The notes under the pieces are model-generated. The model searched no databases. It was not told where the DNA came from and saw only the letters and a program-made list of their open reading frames with translations. From IMG/VR virus record IMGVR_UViG_3300033143_006101, positions 188,877 to 252,876 of that record: a stretch of 64,000 nucleotides of DNA; one strand, written 5' to 3'. The translations under genes and the position numbers were made by a program. Of this stretch, positions 20,110-30,998 are shown in pieces. How positions within the stretch are numbered: the first letter of the stretch is position 1; the number at the start of each line of letters is the position of its first letter.

Positions 20110-21125
20110 TACTTGTTTTCCTTCACTTCATTCAATTCGTATGCTTTTCCAGTCAGATGAGATATTGTTTCAATCAAACTCTCTATTAATAACCTCTCAT
20201 ATGTTTTAGTGACCTTTTTAATATTATTAGATTTCATATTACTAATTAATTCTGATGTAATCTTAGCTAATTTCTCAACATAATTAGCTACAAGAGTTTT
20301 GGCATCCGTTGGGACCTTAGTCTTTCTTTTTATAGTATCATCTGATAAATCTCCATTCTCAGACATTTCTTTCATATTACTACGAAGGGATTGAGAATCC
20401 ATACCCCCATCACCGGTACTCTTTACAAAATTCTCTATCACATTTTTCCGGGCATCCTCATTATCCCTAAAATCAGGATTCCTAGCAGTTTCTTCCAAAA
20501 CAGAATTATATCGTTTCTGCATTAATTCCTTTTGCTCTGCATTACCCTCTATCATCTCTAATATTTTCTGATGAAAACTAATATTACGCTCTATAAAATC
20601 AAATTTATTAACTGCCATTTTAACAACATACACAGATACACCTACATGATCACTAATATAGTATATCATCCAATCATCCGCCTTAGTTTTATCAGGTTTC
20701 ATTTGATCTAATTCTTCTGGAGGTAAAGATTTCAACATTTTCCAATACTGATGTATAGCAGCATCCCTTTCTACAGAAGCAAGCTTCTCTTTCAAACAAT
20801 CTAATAGTAATTGCTTTTCCAAAACCTGTATATCATTTAAGTTATCTAAGATTAGACACGGTAATTCAGTTACCCCCAAAGCACAAGCAACACGAAACCT
20901 ACGTTCACCATCAAGAATAACATAAACAGGGTCTCCTCCACGAGTTGCTATCCTTCTAACAAAAAGTGGAATTAAAACCCCATAATCCTTGACAGAATCC
21001 ATTAAAAATTGTAATGGTTCTTCATCAAAGGTTTTACGCGGTTGAGTAGTGTCGGCTTGAAGTGTACTAACAAGTAACATTTCAATAGTTTGCATTTTAA
21101 GACCCCCTAAATTTTTTTTCGTCAT
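20109..21125 (-). CDS. parB: ParB/Srx N-terminal domain protein
   Basis: QPRKTF, SVKDYGVLIPLFVR, ILDGERRFR. Confidence 0.85.
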   Translation of the reverse strand: MTKKNLGGLKMQTIEMLLVSTLQADTTQPRKTFDEEPLQFLMDSVKDYGVLIPLFVRRIATRGGDPVYVILDGERRFRVACALGVTELPCLILDNLNDIQVLEKQLLLDCLKEKLASVERDAAIHQYWKMLKSLPPEELDQMKPDKTKADDWMIYYISDHVGVSVYVVKMAVNKFDFIERNISFHQKILEMIEGNAEQKELMQKRYNSVLEETARNPDFRDNEDARKNVIENFVKSTGDGGMDSQSLRSNMKEMSENGDLSDDTIKRKTKVPTDAKTLVANYVEKLAKITSELISNMKSNNIKKVTKTYERLLIESLIETISHLTGKAYELNEVKENK

Positions 21126-21129
21126 ATAT

Positions 21130-21160
21130 TATATAAAGTACAACTAACATAATCTTTACA
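21130..21160 (-). promoter_or_regulatory. TGTAAA-N16-CTTTATATA promoter-like motif ahead of parB (probably leaderless)
   Basis: Same motif and spacing at 42542 and 50297. Confidence 0.6.
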
Positions 21161-21286
21161 CTTTTTTTTCGTTTTTATTTCTTTTTTTTTTGGTTATCTT
21201 TAGTTCTTTTTCTTTTAGTAACAGAGCGTAGCGTTTTGCCGTTCTCACAGATCCCTAATAGCTCATTCCCTACAGATAATAATTGT

Positions 21287-21397
21287 TTGACTTTAAAGTC
21301 AATCACTGGGAACTGGCACTTACATTTTTGGTGTTTTTAAAAAATAAAAGTCAATCACTGGGAACTGGCACTTTTTAGTACTTGACTTTAAAGTCAT
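21287..21397. repeat. Two TGACTTTAAAGTCA palindromes plus a 27-bp direct repeat (origin/parS candidate)
   Basis: TTGACTTTAAAGTCAA at 21287-21302, TGACTTTAAAGTCA at 21383-21396; AAAGTCAATCACTGGGAACTGGCACTT at 21295-21321 and 21347-21373. Confidence 0.9.
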
Positions 21398-21997
21398 GTG
21401 CTCTTAGTGTTTGGAGGTAAAAAAGTCATGAATAATAATAAAAAATGGTACATAATTGACTGGAAAAGCGGTATAAAAAGAGTTATTGATTTATTTAAAT
21501 TATATCCGATTGTTGAACAGTCAGATAAGGATTTATTTTTACTATTTGGATACAAGAATTTGTCTCCAGGAGATAAGGAAACTTATTATTTAATAAAGGA
21601 GTTAGCAATTCTTAATGAAAAGAAATATAAGCGATATCAATGTCAGGTTTCCCTGGGTTATTTAGCTGATGTTTTAGATACTACAGTGGAATGCCAATCA
21701 AGACGAGTAAAAAAGTTAAAATCCGCTTATTTGTTAAAAATTATACCATCTAAAGCTGATACTAATACATATATTCCTTTAATAAAAGCTTATCCTGATT
21801 CTACTTTAGTATCAACTATCATAAAATTAATCCGTCGTAAAAAATTATATGCAATGATGAGTATTTATGAGCAAGAAAAAGGTATAATACAACATCCTGC
21901 CTCTTTAGAATCTATCAAATATCTTGTTAAAAAGGTACCTGCTTTTACAAGGTATCTTAGTAAAGAGTTAAAGTCTAAAATACAACCATCCCTTTAA
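21398..21997 (+). CDS. Winged-helix protein, replication-initiator-like
   Basis: LSPGDKETYY...VSLGYLADVLDTTVECQSRRVKKLKSAYLL...TNTY pattern; adjacent to the repeats. Confidence 0.5.
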   Translation: MLLVFGGKKVMNNNKKWYIIDWKSGIKRVIDLFKLYPIVEQSDKDLFLLFGYKNLSPGDKETYYLIKELAILNEKKYKRYQCQVSLGYLADVLDTTVECQSRRVKKLKSAYLLKIIPSKADTNTYIPLIKAYPDSTLVSTIIKLIRRKKLYAMMSIYEQEKGIIQHPASLESIKYLVKKVPAFTRYLSKELKSKIQPSL

Positions 21998-22023
21998 AAT
22001 ATTCCCATTTCTACCATTTAACT

Positions 22024-22055
22024 CCTTAAAAAATAGAAAATTTTTTCTATCATTT
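22024..22055 (+). promoter_or_regulatory. Late-type promoter CCTTAA-N17-CTATCATTT
   Basis: Heads the structural module. Confidence 0.7.
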
Positions 22056-22805
22056 TAGATGATAAATACATTTATTCTATTTTTGTATAGAGGAGTTATA
22101 CTATGGCTGACATAACAAAAGTTAATTCTACAAAAGGATTAGTTACTTTAAAAGAAGAAGATTTACTCGAAAATAATCTTATGAGGTATATAAGAACTTC
22201 ATTAAAAGGTATTGGTAAGAAAGGATTACTTACAGATCACCCCTTCGAGACAGTAGCTGCAAGCATGTTTAAAGAGAAACACCCAAGTGATCAAGTAAAG
22301 CTCGCGGAGAAGTGTTTGCTTAAATGTAATAAAGACGGGGATATTTCAGTAGATGTTGTACTTCGCATTTCTAAAGATGTTTCTGAAGGTTTATATGAGA
22401 TGCACCCTACCAAACAAGTGTTCAAAAAACAAGAAGTAACACGCGGTGACAAATAGCGGAGGAAATTATGAAATCAGTTAAAGATGTTTCTGGTAGATCT
22501 ATTCATGTTGGAGATCCGGTTTGTGTATTACCTGATATAGAATTATCTAAAAAAATTGGTGATTATATGGATTCACTTCTTATAGGTGTTGTTCATCGTA
22601 TACGTCAATCTGGTCAAATCAGTGTTAAGGTTGGAAGTGTTGGTTTACATTCCGAAAGGCACCAATTAAGTAAAATAGATTTAAAAGATAAAATAGATGA
22701 TGTTATTGCTCGTTTAGCACAAGATATAGAAACATTGCAATTACAAAAGGAATCTGATATTCTAAATTCTATGTTGGATCCAACAGAACTTTAAGGAGAA
22801 TTTTC

Positions 22806-24788
22806 ATGAAATATTATATACATAAAGGAAAAATCAAAGAAGCAGCTAAAGAATATAAAATACCTTTTGATAAACTTACTCCAGAGAATGAAGCAAAAAT
22901 TGAGAAATGGGTCGAAATGGGAAAAGCTGATGTAGTATATGGTCCTGAAGGAGTTACTGTTTATACTACTGAAGAAGGTTCAGCTATGGATCCATTAGAA
23001 GAAGCAGAACAATCTTTTGTTAGTGAGGTACCGATAGTAGAAGAAGAAGAAATAACAGAAGAAGAAGGATTAAAAGCAATGGAAGAAAATCTTATTACTG
23101 AAGGTTATAAGTCATTGAATCTTCCTGAAGGTTTTTTAAAAAATAAAACAGTAAGAAGTGTAATAGAAAATTTCGAAGCCGAAACAAACTCACAAGTACT
23201 TAATGATAAATTATTTGTTAGTCCAGAAGGAATGGATTCTTGGAAAACTATTTATTATCCGGCTCTTAAAAGTTATTATGGAGAGCTTGCTAGTAAAGAA
23301 AAAGAAATTACAGAAAAAGATCTCAAAGAACCAACATTAGAAGAAAGTTTAGTAGATACTCTTTATTATGCTAAACCTCATGAGCAACTTAATCCATGGT
23401 TTGAAGAAGGTCAAGATATTGAAATAGTAAATATGCCAGATGATCCTACTGGTAAAGTTATATTAAAAGCTAAAGATGGTAAAGATATCCCTATTTCATT
23501 AGATAACATAAAAAAATTAATAGATAATGGATATTTTGTATTAAAAGAAGATCCTTTTAAAATGTTTAAGAATATCGCTTCTATCAACTTAACTAATTTA
23601 TTAAAACAGGCCGAAGAACAATCAGTTAAAGAATTACGAAAAAAAAGAGACGAGCTTAAATCTGGATTAAAAGAAGTAAGACAATTAATAAATGATTTCT
23701 CAGTAGAAGCAGATAGAGAATTAAATGAGATAATGTCTGGACGCATAAATATTTTAGATTGGGTGTCTAAAATACCAGGAGGGAAATCCCCTGCTCGTAT
23801 TACAGAAGTAGAAGAAAAAGCTAAAAGAGAACAAACTTCTCCTATGGAAGTGATTGAAGAAGGAAAGCCACAACAAAAATCTTCTGCAGAAGTACCGTTA
23901 GAAGAAGGATTAGCAATAGATGTACCAGAAGAAAAAGAATCAATTCCTGGAGAGGAAAAACAATTAGCTGGGAAAATAAAAACAATTACTGAAGCAACAC
24001 ATTATGCAATCCAAGAACAAACAAATAAAGCATTAGTTAATTTAGATGCACTTTATAGTACAATTGCCAGTGATATAGACGAAGATTTATTACGAGACCC
24101 GGATTTCAATGCTAATTATACAGAAAAAATAAATATAGCTGATAAAATTATAAAACGATTTTCTACATTAAAACCTTATAAGTTCAAACAAGATGCAGGT
24201 GAAACTAAAGGAAAAGAAAAACTTCCTGAGGGTATGGGCCAAATGTCTAAAGTAGAAGAAGGACCTGCAATGTATGTTGGTGTGGGGGCTGATTTTTTAA
24301 GGAATTTTGTTAAGAGCATGCTCAATAGGGATATTACTTCACCAGATCAAGTGCACGCTGAAGTACAGAAATTTTTTGCTATAGGTGAAGATGAAGAAGG
24401 TAACCCACAAGTAAAAACTCCTATTTCATTATTAATTCATTCTGACTTTGTTGATGTTACTCCAACTGAAGATGCGGGTCCAATTGAAGAAACAGAAGAA
24501 TATACTGGAGAAGCACCAATAACAAAGCTCAAGGAATTAGGACCAGAAGCAATAAATGTTGCTATCAATGATATAAAACAACAATTAATAAATTATAACA
24601 AATATTATAATTATTCACCTGCAAGACAAGACATGATTAATAAAATTATGGAAGAATATAAAGTTACTTATGAAGTAGCCGAACATTATTATGAAGAAGC
24701 AAAAGAAGAAGCACGGGAAACAATGACAGATGAAGAGGAGATTATTCATGACTATACTCCTTCAGAAAGAGAAATGCAACATTTATAA
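22806..24788 (+). CDS. Large acidic head-module protein
   Basis: 660 aa, Glu-rich, K-x-A motifs, upstream of the portal gene. Confidence 0.5.
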   Translation: MKYYIHKGKIKEAAKEYKIPFDKLTPENEAKIEKWVEMGKADVVYGPEGVTVYTTEEGSAMDPLEEAEQSFVSEVPIVEEEEITEEEGLKAMEENLITEGYKSLNLPEGFLKNKTVRSVIENFEAETNSQVLNDKLFVSPEGMDSWKTIYYPALKSYYGELASKEKEITEKDLKEPTLEESLVDTLYYAKPHEQLNPWFEEGQDIEIVNMPDDPTGKVILKAKDGKDIPISLDNIKKLIDNGYFVLKEDPFKMFKNIASINLTNLLKQAEEQSVKELRKKRDELKSGLKEVRQLINDFSVEADRELNEIMSGRINILDWVSKIPGGKSPARITEVEEKAKREQTSPMEVIEEGKPQQKSSAEVPLEEGLAIDVPEEKESIPGEEKQLAGKIKTITEATHYAIQEQTNKALVNLDALYSTIASDIDEDLLRDPDFNANYTEKINIADKIIKRFSTLKPYKFKQDAGETKGKEKLPEGMGQMSKVEEGPAMYVGVGADFLRNFVKSMLNRDITSPDQVHAEVQKFFAIGEDEEGNPQVKTPISLLIHSDFVDVTPTEDAGPIEETEEYTGEAPITKLKELGPEAINVAINDIKQQLINYNKYYNYSPARQDMINKIMEEYKVTYEVAEHYYEEAKEEARETMTDEEEIIHDYTPSEREMQHL

Positions 24789-24809
24789 TATGAAATAGGA
24801 GATGAAAAT

Positions 24810-27800
24810 ATGGCGAGAAGATTTAGTACAGGTGGACCAGAAAACTTCAATGATATCTTGCCACGTACTATTTTTGCTGAAGCTGACCCAGAAAGATTAG
24901 ATAAAACAGGAGCATCTTTTACAGGTTATCCTGGGTTAGGAAATTCAGTAAATCAGATGGTAACTTATGGTGCAGGTAATAATATATTACGAAATCCTTC
25001 ACGAAGATTTTACGACCCGGAAATAACAACTACAGCTATTTATTTACCGCGAACTGTTAAACAAAAAAATAGATGGTGTAGATGGTTCTATGATCATGAT
25101 GAGTTAGTTGGAGCTGTATTAGATTTGCATGCTGAACTTCCTTACTCCCGGGCAGAGATCGTAGAAAAAGATACTTATGTTAGAAAATTAGTAGAGGAAT
25201 GTTTTAGTCGTATAAACTTTTTCTCTATGCTTCCTATCATAGATCTTGAGTTTATGAAAATAGGAGAAGTATTCATACATACTCCATGGGATGATACCGA
25301 AGGTATGTGGAGTCATATCATTGTACACAATCCTGACTTTGCAGAAGTAAGGTTTACTCCTTTTGCTGATCAAGAATGTACGATAGAATTAATTCCAGAT
25401 GATGAACTTAGATCAATTGTACATTCTACTAAACCAGAAGACCAACAATTAAAACGTAGAATACCGGATGATGTGTTTAGAAGAGTACTTACTGGAAAGA
25501 ATATAACTTTGGATCCGTCAGAAGTAACTCATATTGCTCGTCGAAGCAATCCTTATGATATTAGAGGAACTTCAATAATCAATCGTATTTTTAGACTTTT
25601 AATGTATGAAGATAAACTACGAGAAGCTCAAATTACTATTGCAGATAACTTTATATACCCATTAAAGATATTTAAACTTGGTGATCCAAAAATTGGTTGG
25701 ATTCCTAATGAGACACATCAAAGAGCTCTGGCTCAAATGTTGCAGCAATCTACTTTCGATCCCAACTTTAGTCTTATTTATCATTACGGTTTGAATGTCG
25801 AATTTCATACTGTGGCTGATAAGGTAATGAGATTAGAGAAAGAATGGTCTGATATTACTGAAAAGAAAATGATTGCTCTCGGTGTTGGTAAACAATTTCT
25901 GTCTGGGGAAACAACATATGCGTGTTTTGTAGAAGGATCAAAAATACTAACACCAAATGATATTGTAAATATTGAAGATATATCAAATGATGATAAAATA
26001 TTAGATAAAAATGGAATGGTACAAACTGTAGTAGATAATTGGTGTGAAGGAATCCCAGAGACAATTACAAAAATAAATTTATGGGGTGGAAAAGAATTAC
26101 TATGTACTAATAATCACAAATGGCCTGTTTGGATGTGGCCTAGAAAATGTGCTTGTGGATGTGATAGAGATCTTACAGCTGGAAGAGCGTTTGCACATGC
26201 AATGAAATATTCTTCTAATTATAAATTGAAAAAAGTAGATTGTGGTAGGGCTACGATTAATTCGAAAGAATCTTTAGGTATACCTATTGATTATGAATCA
26301 ATTAATAAAATAAGTGCTTCTGAAATAAAAGAATGGGATTATTTAATGATCCCAAGAAATTTTGAGATTATAGAAACAGATACTACAAAAGACGAAGCCA
26401 GATTATTAGGGTATTTCGTGACTAAAGGTAGCTTTTCTAAACACGCCAGAACCAAGAATTTAACAGGTATCAATCTAACATTCGGTATCACAGAAGAAAA
26501 TACTTTAGTAAAAGATACTGTAGATCTTTGTGAAAAATTTGGTATTCCTGTTAGAGATGTAGAAGAAAAAACAAATTCTCTTCGGATAAGATCAATAGAC
26601 CGAAAAGAATTTAAAGATAAAGTTTTGTGGTTTAAAGAACACGCTGGAGAATATTCTCATCTCAAAAAATTATCTAGTACTGTAATGCATTGGCCTCTTG
26701 ATCTTAAAGAAGAGTTGGTGAAAGGTCTTTTTAAAGGAGATGGTTGTCAACAAATAAATAAAGTTAATAATGAACATTCTGTTCATTATACTACTACATC
26801 TAAAGTATTAGCTTATCAAATAGAACTAATATTAGCTCAATTAGGTTTTCCTATTAATTGGACAATACAAGATAACTCACATAGAAATAGGAAAATGACT
26901 TATAGATTAGATATTTATGGAAAATTTGCATTCGATTTAGCTAAATTAATTTGGGAAGATGATTGTATAATAAATTTTAATGATTCAAAACAATTTTATG
27001 GGCAAAAAGCTTGGGTGGATAATGATTATATATATATTATGGTCAAATCTGTTGAAGAAATTAAAAATGATAAAAAAGTATATAATTTAACAGTAGAAAA
27101 TTCCCATAGTTATTTAATAGAAAATATAGGGACATATAATTCAGCTAATGTTGCATTACAAACTCAGTTAGCACGTTATAAAGCTAAGCGTGATCTATTT
27201 CAAATTAAATGGATCCATAAAATGCTTAGAATAATGGCTGAGCGTAATGAATGGTATCGTAGAGATAAAAAAGAACTTGTAGGACAATATAGAGTAAAAA
27301 GAAAAGGCAAAGAGCTACAGGAAAGATTGATTATACCTAAATTAACCTGGCATAAAAAGTTAATGATGCGTGATGATCAAGCTTTCTTAACTTTTATGAA
27401 CAATGTATATGCTCAAGGTAAAGGCCCTATTAGTACAATAACACTTTTACAGTATATGGGGTTGAGTCTTGAAGATGAATTAGAGAATAAAGTAAAACAA
27501 ACTGAATTAGAAGAAAAGATTGGGGCTCTTATTCATCCTATAACACAAATTGCAGGTGGTATGACTGCTAAAATTAAAGATAAGTTTAAATTTGGGAAAA
27601 ATAAACCTGAAAAAGAAATTACTGGAGAAGAGTTAATGAAATTAGAAACAACTTCTCCTACATCAACTCAGTATTCTGGTTCTCAAATGGAACATCCTAA
27701 AGGTGATTTAAAGAAATTAACTGTTAATGAAGCTAAGTTAAGAGAAGCCCAACTAGATATTGAGACCACAAAACAATTGCATCCTGTTGATGAAAAAGTA

Positions 27801-29105
27801 TGGTTTGATAATCTAGAGTCTCCAAGCGTACCATCCGAAGTTAAATTATTACTTATTAATCTCAATAATAAACTTAATGCAATAGATAAACGAAATAATG
27901 GAGATTATAAAGAGGGACTTATTAAAGAGACTAATAATATTAAATCTGTATTAATAGATTTGTACAAGCAAGGTAAATTACATTCATATAATATTACAGG
28001 ATTTTTTCCTATTTATAAACAATATTATTCAACTCATGAAGCATTAACAGATTATTCTGATCTTGTATTAGCAGAAGAGTTTGAACAATGGATCCATAAG
28101 ATAATTGCTATTGATGTAGAAAAGCAAGAAACATTCAAGCATTTACGAAATGTTGGGAATGCCTGTTTTTGTTATGGGCAAGTTAAAGGTTACCAAGAGC
28201 AAGGTGTTAATACATTAAAAATAGGGAATTTATTAGTAAACGAAGGACTTAGATATTCATCAAATGAATTATTAGATAAGGGATGGAATTTAAGTTCATT
28301 ATTGTCTCCCAAGAATGAAATTGTTATTTTATATCCTTGTATAGAAGGACATGATGATGATATGTTTAATAATAATCTAGATCCTCAAGTACAGAGGTAT
28401 AGGGACGCAGTAATTTCAGGAATAGCAATAAAAGATTGTCCTATTGAATATATGCCTTATATTAACAGAATTTTTAATAAACTTGGTAAACATATAAATA
28501 AAAAATATGATACTATTGTTTTTGTTAAAGATGTTATAGATTTAAAAAAATGGGAAGAAAGAAAGGCAAAAGACATTGAAAATGAGGCTTCCTCCGCAGA
28601 TGAAAAAACAAAGAATTTAATGGTAATAAATTCTTTAGGATATGAAAAATTACAAAAGAGAGGTACAGTCCCTACATTTACTGACGGAAGAACACTTTAT
28701 ATATCTAATTGGATTGGGGTAGAGGAATTCCCATTAACAAGTAAGTTACTTAGGCTATTAGATATTACAGATGAGATTGGAGATAAAGCCATTAGAAAAG
28801 CATTTAAAAAGAAGAGTTTAGATTTAACACAAGATGATATTCAAACTTATCGAGTATTTAATTATATTGTTCCTATTTCTGATGATCCACAAAATCCGAG
28901 AGGATTTAAAATAAGTAAAGAATATATGGATACTACGGATCTTGATTTTAGATTAAAACAAGGAAAGATGTGGGATTTAAATGGAAAATGTATGGGAGCT
29001 GATGACACTGATGAATTAAAACTTTTTAATGATAATTTAAGGATATGGATTGATTATCCACATCTATTAAATGTAGATTTAGCAAAATCTTTTGAAGTAC
29101 TATAA
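24810..29105 (+). CDS. Portal protein, intein-containing, with long C-terminal extension
   Basis: RWFY..DELVGAVLDLHAELP, HIARRSNPYDIRGTSII.R, PLKIFKLG, GETTYA-[intein]-SANVAL; position at the start of the head operon. Confidence 0.75.
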   Translation: MARRFSTGGPENFNDILPRTIFAEADPERLDKTGASFTGYPGLGNSVNQMVTYGAGNNILRNPSRRFYDPEITTTAIYLPRTVKQKNRWCRWFYDHDELVGAVLDLHAELPYSRAEIVEKDTYVRKLVEECFSRINFFSMLPIIDLEFMKIGEVFIHTPWDDTEGMWSHIIVHNPDFAEVRFTPFADQECTIELIPDDELRSIVHSTKPEDQQLKRRIPDDVFRRVLTGKNITLDPSEVTHIARRSNPYDIRGTSIINRIFRLLMYEDKLREAQITIADNFIYPLKIFKLGDPKIGWIPNETHQRALAQMLQQSTFDPNFSLIYHYGLNVEFHTVADKVMRLEKEWSDITEKKMIALGVGKQFLSGETTYACFVEGSKILTPNDIVNIEDISNDDKILDKNGMVQTVVDNWCEGIPETITKINLWGGKELLCTNNHKWPVWMWPRKCACGCDRDLTAGRAFAHAMKYSSNYKLKKVDCGRATINSKESLGIPIDYESINKISASEIKEWDYLMIPRNFEIIETDTTKDEARLLGYFVTKGSFSKHARTKNLTGINLTFGITEENTLVKDTVDLCEKFGIPVRDVEEKTNSLRIRSIDRKEFKDKVLWFKEHAGEYSHLKKLSSTVMHWPLDLKEELVKGLFKGDGCQQINKVNNEHSVHYTTTSKVLAYQIELILAQLGFPINWTIQDNSHRNRKMTYRLDIYGKFAFDLAKLIWEDDCIINFNDSKQFYGQKAWVDNDYIYIMVKSVEEIKNDKKVYNLTVENSHSYLIENIGTYNSANVALQTQLARYKAKRDLFQIKWIHKMLRIMAERNEWYRRDKKELVGQYRVKRKGKELQERLIIPKLTWHKKLMMRDDQAFLTFMNNVYAQGKGPISTITLLQYMGLSLEDELENKVKQTELEEKIGALIHPITQIAGGMTAKIKDKFKFGKNKPEKEITGEELMKLETTSPTSTQYSGSQMEHPKGDLKKLTVNEAKLREAQLDIETTKQLHPVDEKVWFDNLESPSVPSEVKLLLINLNNKLNAIDKRNNGDYKEGLIKETNNIKSVLIDLYKQGKLHSYNITGFFPIYKQYYSTHEALTDYSDLVLAEEFEQWIHKIIAIDVEKQETFKHLRNVGNACFCYGQVKGYQEQGVNTLKIGNLLVNEGLRYSSNELLDKGWNLSSLLSPKNEIVILYPCIEGHDDDMFNNNLDPQVQRYRDAVISGIAIKDCPIEYMPYINRIFNKLGKHINKKYDTIVFVKDVIDLKKWEERKAKDIENEASSADEKTKNLMVINSLGYEKLQKRGTVPTFTDGRTLYISNWIGVEEFPLTSKLLRLLDITDEIGDKAIRKAFKKKSLDLTQDDIQTYRVFNYIVPISDDPQNPRGFKISKEYMDTTDLDFRLKQGKMWDLNGKCMGADDTDELKLFNDNLRIWIDYPHLLNVDLAKSFEVL
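25923..27140 (+). mobile_element. Intein (406 aa) with LAGLIDADG domain in the portal gene
   Basis: TYA|CFVEGSKI ... CTNNHKW ... KGLFKGDG ... VYNLTVENSHSYLIENIGTYN|SAN. Confidence 0.9.
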
Positions 29106-29131
29106 TAAATTTAAATTTAGGAGAATTTACA

Positions 29132-29389
29132 ATGGAAGACAAGAAAGCGTATACTTTAACAAATGATGATTTTTTTGACATTGAGCAAATAATTAAAAAA
29201 ATTGCAAAAGATAATAACATCGGTGATGTTGAAAATGTTACAATTAATTTAACAGCTAATGAAGGCATGGCTAGATTCAAAATAGCTAAAAAAGACGATG
29301 ATGACGATAAGGATGATAAAAAAGATAAAGAAAAGGATAAAGAAGAGAAAGGTGAAGAAGAAGAAAAAGAAGAGGAGAAATGTGATTAA
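29132..29389 (+). CDS. Small protein, paralogue of 47182-47364
   Basis: IIKKIAKDNNIGDVENVTINL..NEGMARFK vs IIKKIASENKIENVESVSITL..KQGMVQFK. Confidence 0.6.
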   Translation: MEDKKAYTLTNDDFFDIEQIIKKIAKDNNIGDVENVTINLTANEGMARFKIAKKDDDDDKDDKKDKEKDKEEKGEEEEKEEEKCD

Positions 29390-29401
29390 AGGAGTTTAAT
29401 C

Positions 29402-29806
29402 ATGACAGATAATAAAGTAGATAAATTACCAGGAGGCATAGGCGATAAAATGACTCCTGGTTCTGTAGATCCGAAGGAGCTGGAAAAGGGTCAGAAGATA
29501 GAAATGGAGCATACTAAGGATCCAGAGGTTGCTAAGGAGATAGCTTTAGATCATTTAACAGAATTCAAAGATTATTACAAGCGTCTTGAAAAAATGGAAG
29601 ACGATGCTGAGAAGGATAAGGAAAAAGCGGAAGCTGAAAAGGATAAGAAGAAAAAAAAGAATAAGGGAGCCGATCTTCCTCTGAAAAGAGACATTAATTG
29701 GAAATTAATGTTAGAAGGTGGCAATGTAGAAAGTGTTGAAGATCTGTTAAATAAGCATGCTAATTGTGGGAAAGATCATGACGATGAAAAAGAAGAAGAG
29801 GAATAG
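29402..29806 (+). CDS. DUF5661-like protein
   Basis: KGQKIEMEHT.D..AKEIALDHLTE..DYYKRL. Confidence 0.7.
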   Translation: MTDNKVDKLPGGIGDKMTPGSVDPKELEKGQKIEMEHTKDPEVAKEIALDHLTEFKDYYKRLEKMEDDAEKDKEKAEAEKDKKKKKNKGADLPLKRDINWKLMLEGGNVESVEDLLNKHANCGKDHDDEKEEEE

Positions 29807-29846
29807 ATATCGATGGGAGAAAATTATAAGACCTGGAAATAAATAA

Positions 29847-30998
29847 ATGGATTTTATTGAAGCAAAGACATTAAGTGCATTATTAAAAACAGCAGCTGAA
29901 GAAGAGCATGCTGTTTATGATATGAGGGTAAAACTTTCCTATGTAAAACATATGCCAGGTCATAAAAATTCTAAAGGTGAAGCTGCCCCATGGGTTATTA
30001 TAGATCATGATGATGGTAAAGTACTTTCTTCTCACAAAACCAAAGAAGAAGCAAAGAGTCATCTTCGTGATATGAAAATACATGGTTCTGTTAAAACTGC
30101 TCAAGATGAAGAGGAAGAATATGATTTAATAGAAAATCTTCCTTATGAAGATCCAGCATTTGAAAAGATTGAAGAAGAGGAGGCATATACAGAGGAACAA
30201 TTAATGGGACAAGAAGAAGAAAGTGTTGTTTCTGAAGAAGCTATTCAATCTTTTTTTGGTGCAAGTTCAGATGAATTAGCCCAACAATATGTAGAAGAAG
30301 TTGGTACTGTCTCTGACGAAGATCATTGGAAAACACTTAAAAAAGAATTAAAAATTACTGATTTTAAAGAGCTAGAAAGACAAGAAGAATTAATGAAAGA
30401 TTTACCTGAAGACATTCAAGCTATTCGAGATAAAGGAGTTGTGACTAAAGAAGATGTACAATCAATAGATGAAAAATATTGGGATAAGTATAAACAGGTA
30501 GATTTATTAAAATTGTTAGGAATTAGCGATAAATCTTATACCGCTTTATATAACAATGAAAAAGATAAAATATTAAAAGATCGTCAACACAGACCTTATT
30601 TTGAATGGTGGGAATTAATATCAAATGAACAAACTGCAGCTATACATAAATTAATTGATCGGTTTATGCCTTTCATTCAAGATTACATATATGAGTGGTT
30701 AGGGACAAGAGTAAAGGAATTGTATTTAGCAAAATTCCAAGAATTATATGGAGATTGGCAAGATCCAAATGACCCGGATGCTGTATTTAAATATATTTTT
30801 AAATCTGTAATTAACCAAGCATTTTCTTTAGCTAGAAGACTTAAATTAAAATCGGAATCTCCTTTTGCAAGAAGAAGTAGTATAATATTTCATGATAATA
30901 GAATAATTAATTACTGTGATATATATAATATAAATGAATTAGTTAAATATGCAGATCATGTTATAAATCTTGAAATGGACATTTCTATTTATGCATAA
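29847..30998 (+). CDS. Acidic head-module protein
   Basis: PGHKNSKGEAAPWVI motif; KTA motifs. Confidence 0.5.
   Translation: MDFIEAKTLSALLKTAAEEEHAVYDMRVKLSYVKHMPGHKNSKGEAAPWVIIDHDDGKVLSSHKTKEEAKSHLRDMKIHGSVKTAQDEEEEYDLIENLPYEDPAFEKIEEEEAYTEEQLMGQEEESVVSEEAIQSFFGASSDELAQQYVEEVGTVSDEDHWKTLKKELKITDFKELERQEELMKDLPEDIQAIRDKGVVTKEDVQSIDEKYWDKYKQVDLLKLLGISDKSYTALYNNEKDKILKDRQHRPYFEWWELISNEQTAAIHKLIDRFMPFIQDYIYEWLGTRVKELYLAKFQELYGDWQDPNDPDAVFKYIFKSVINQAFSLARRLKLKSESPFARRSSIIFHDNRIINYCDIYNINELVKYADHVINLEMDISIYA

Noticed and set aside
21287-21397. CRISPR mini-array
   Set aside because: Only two repeat copies with a 25-nt gap, embedded in palindromes, and no cas genes; an origin/operator explanation fits better.
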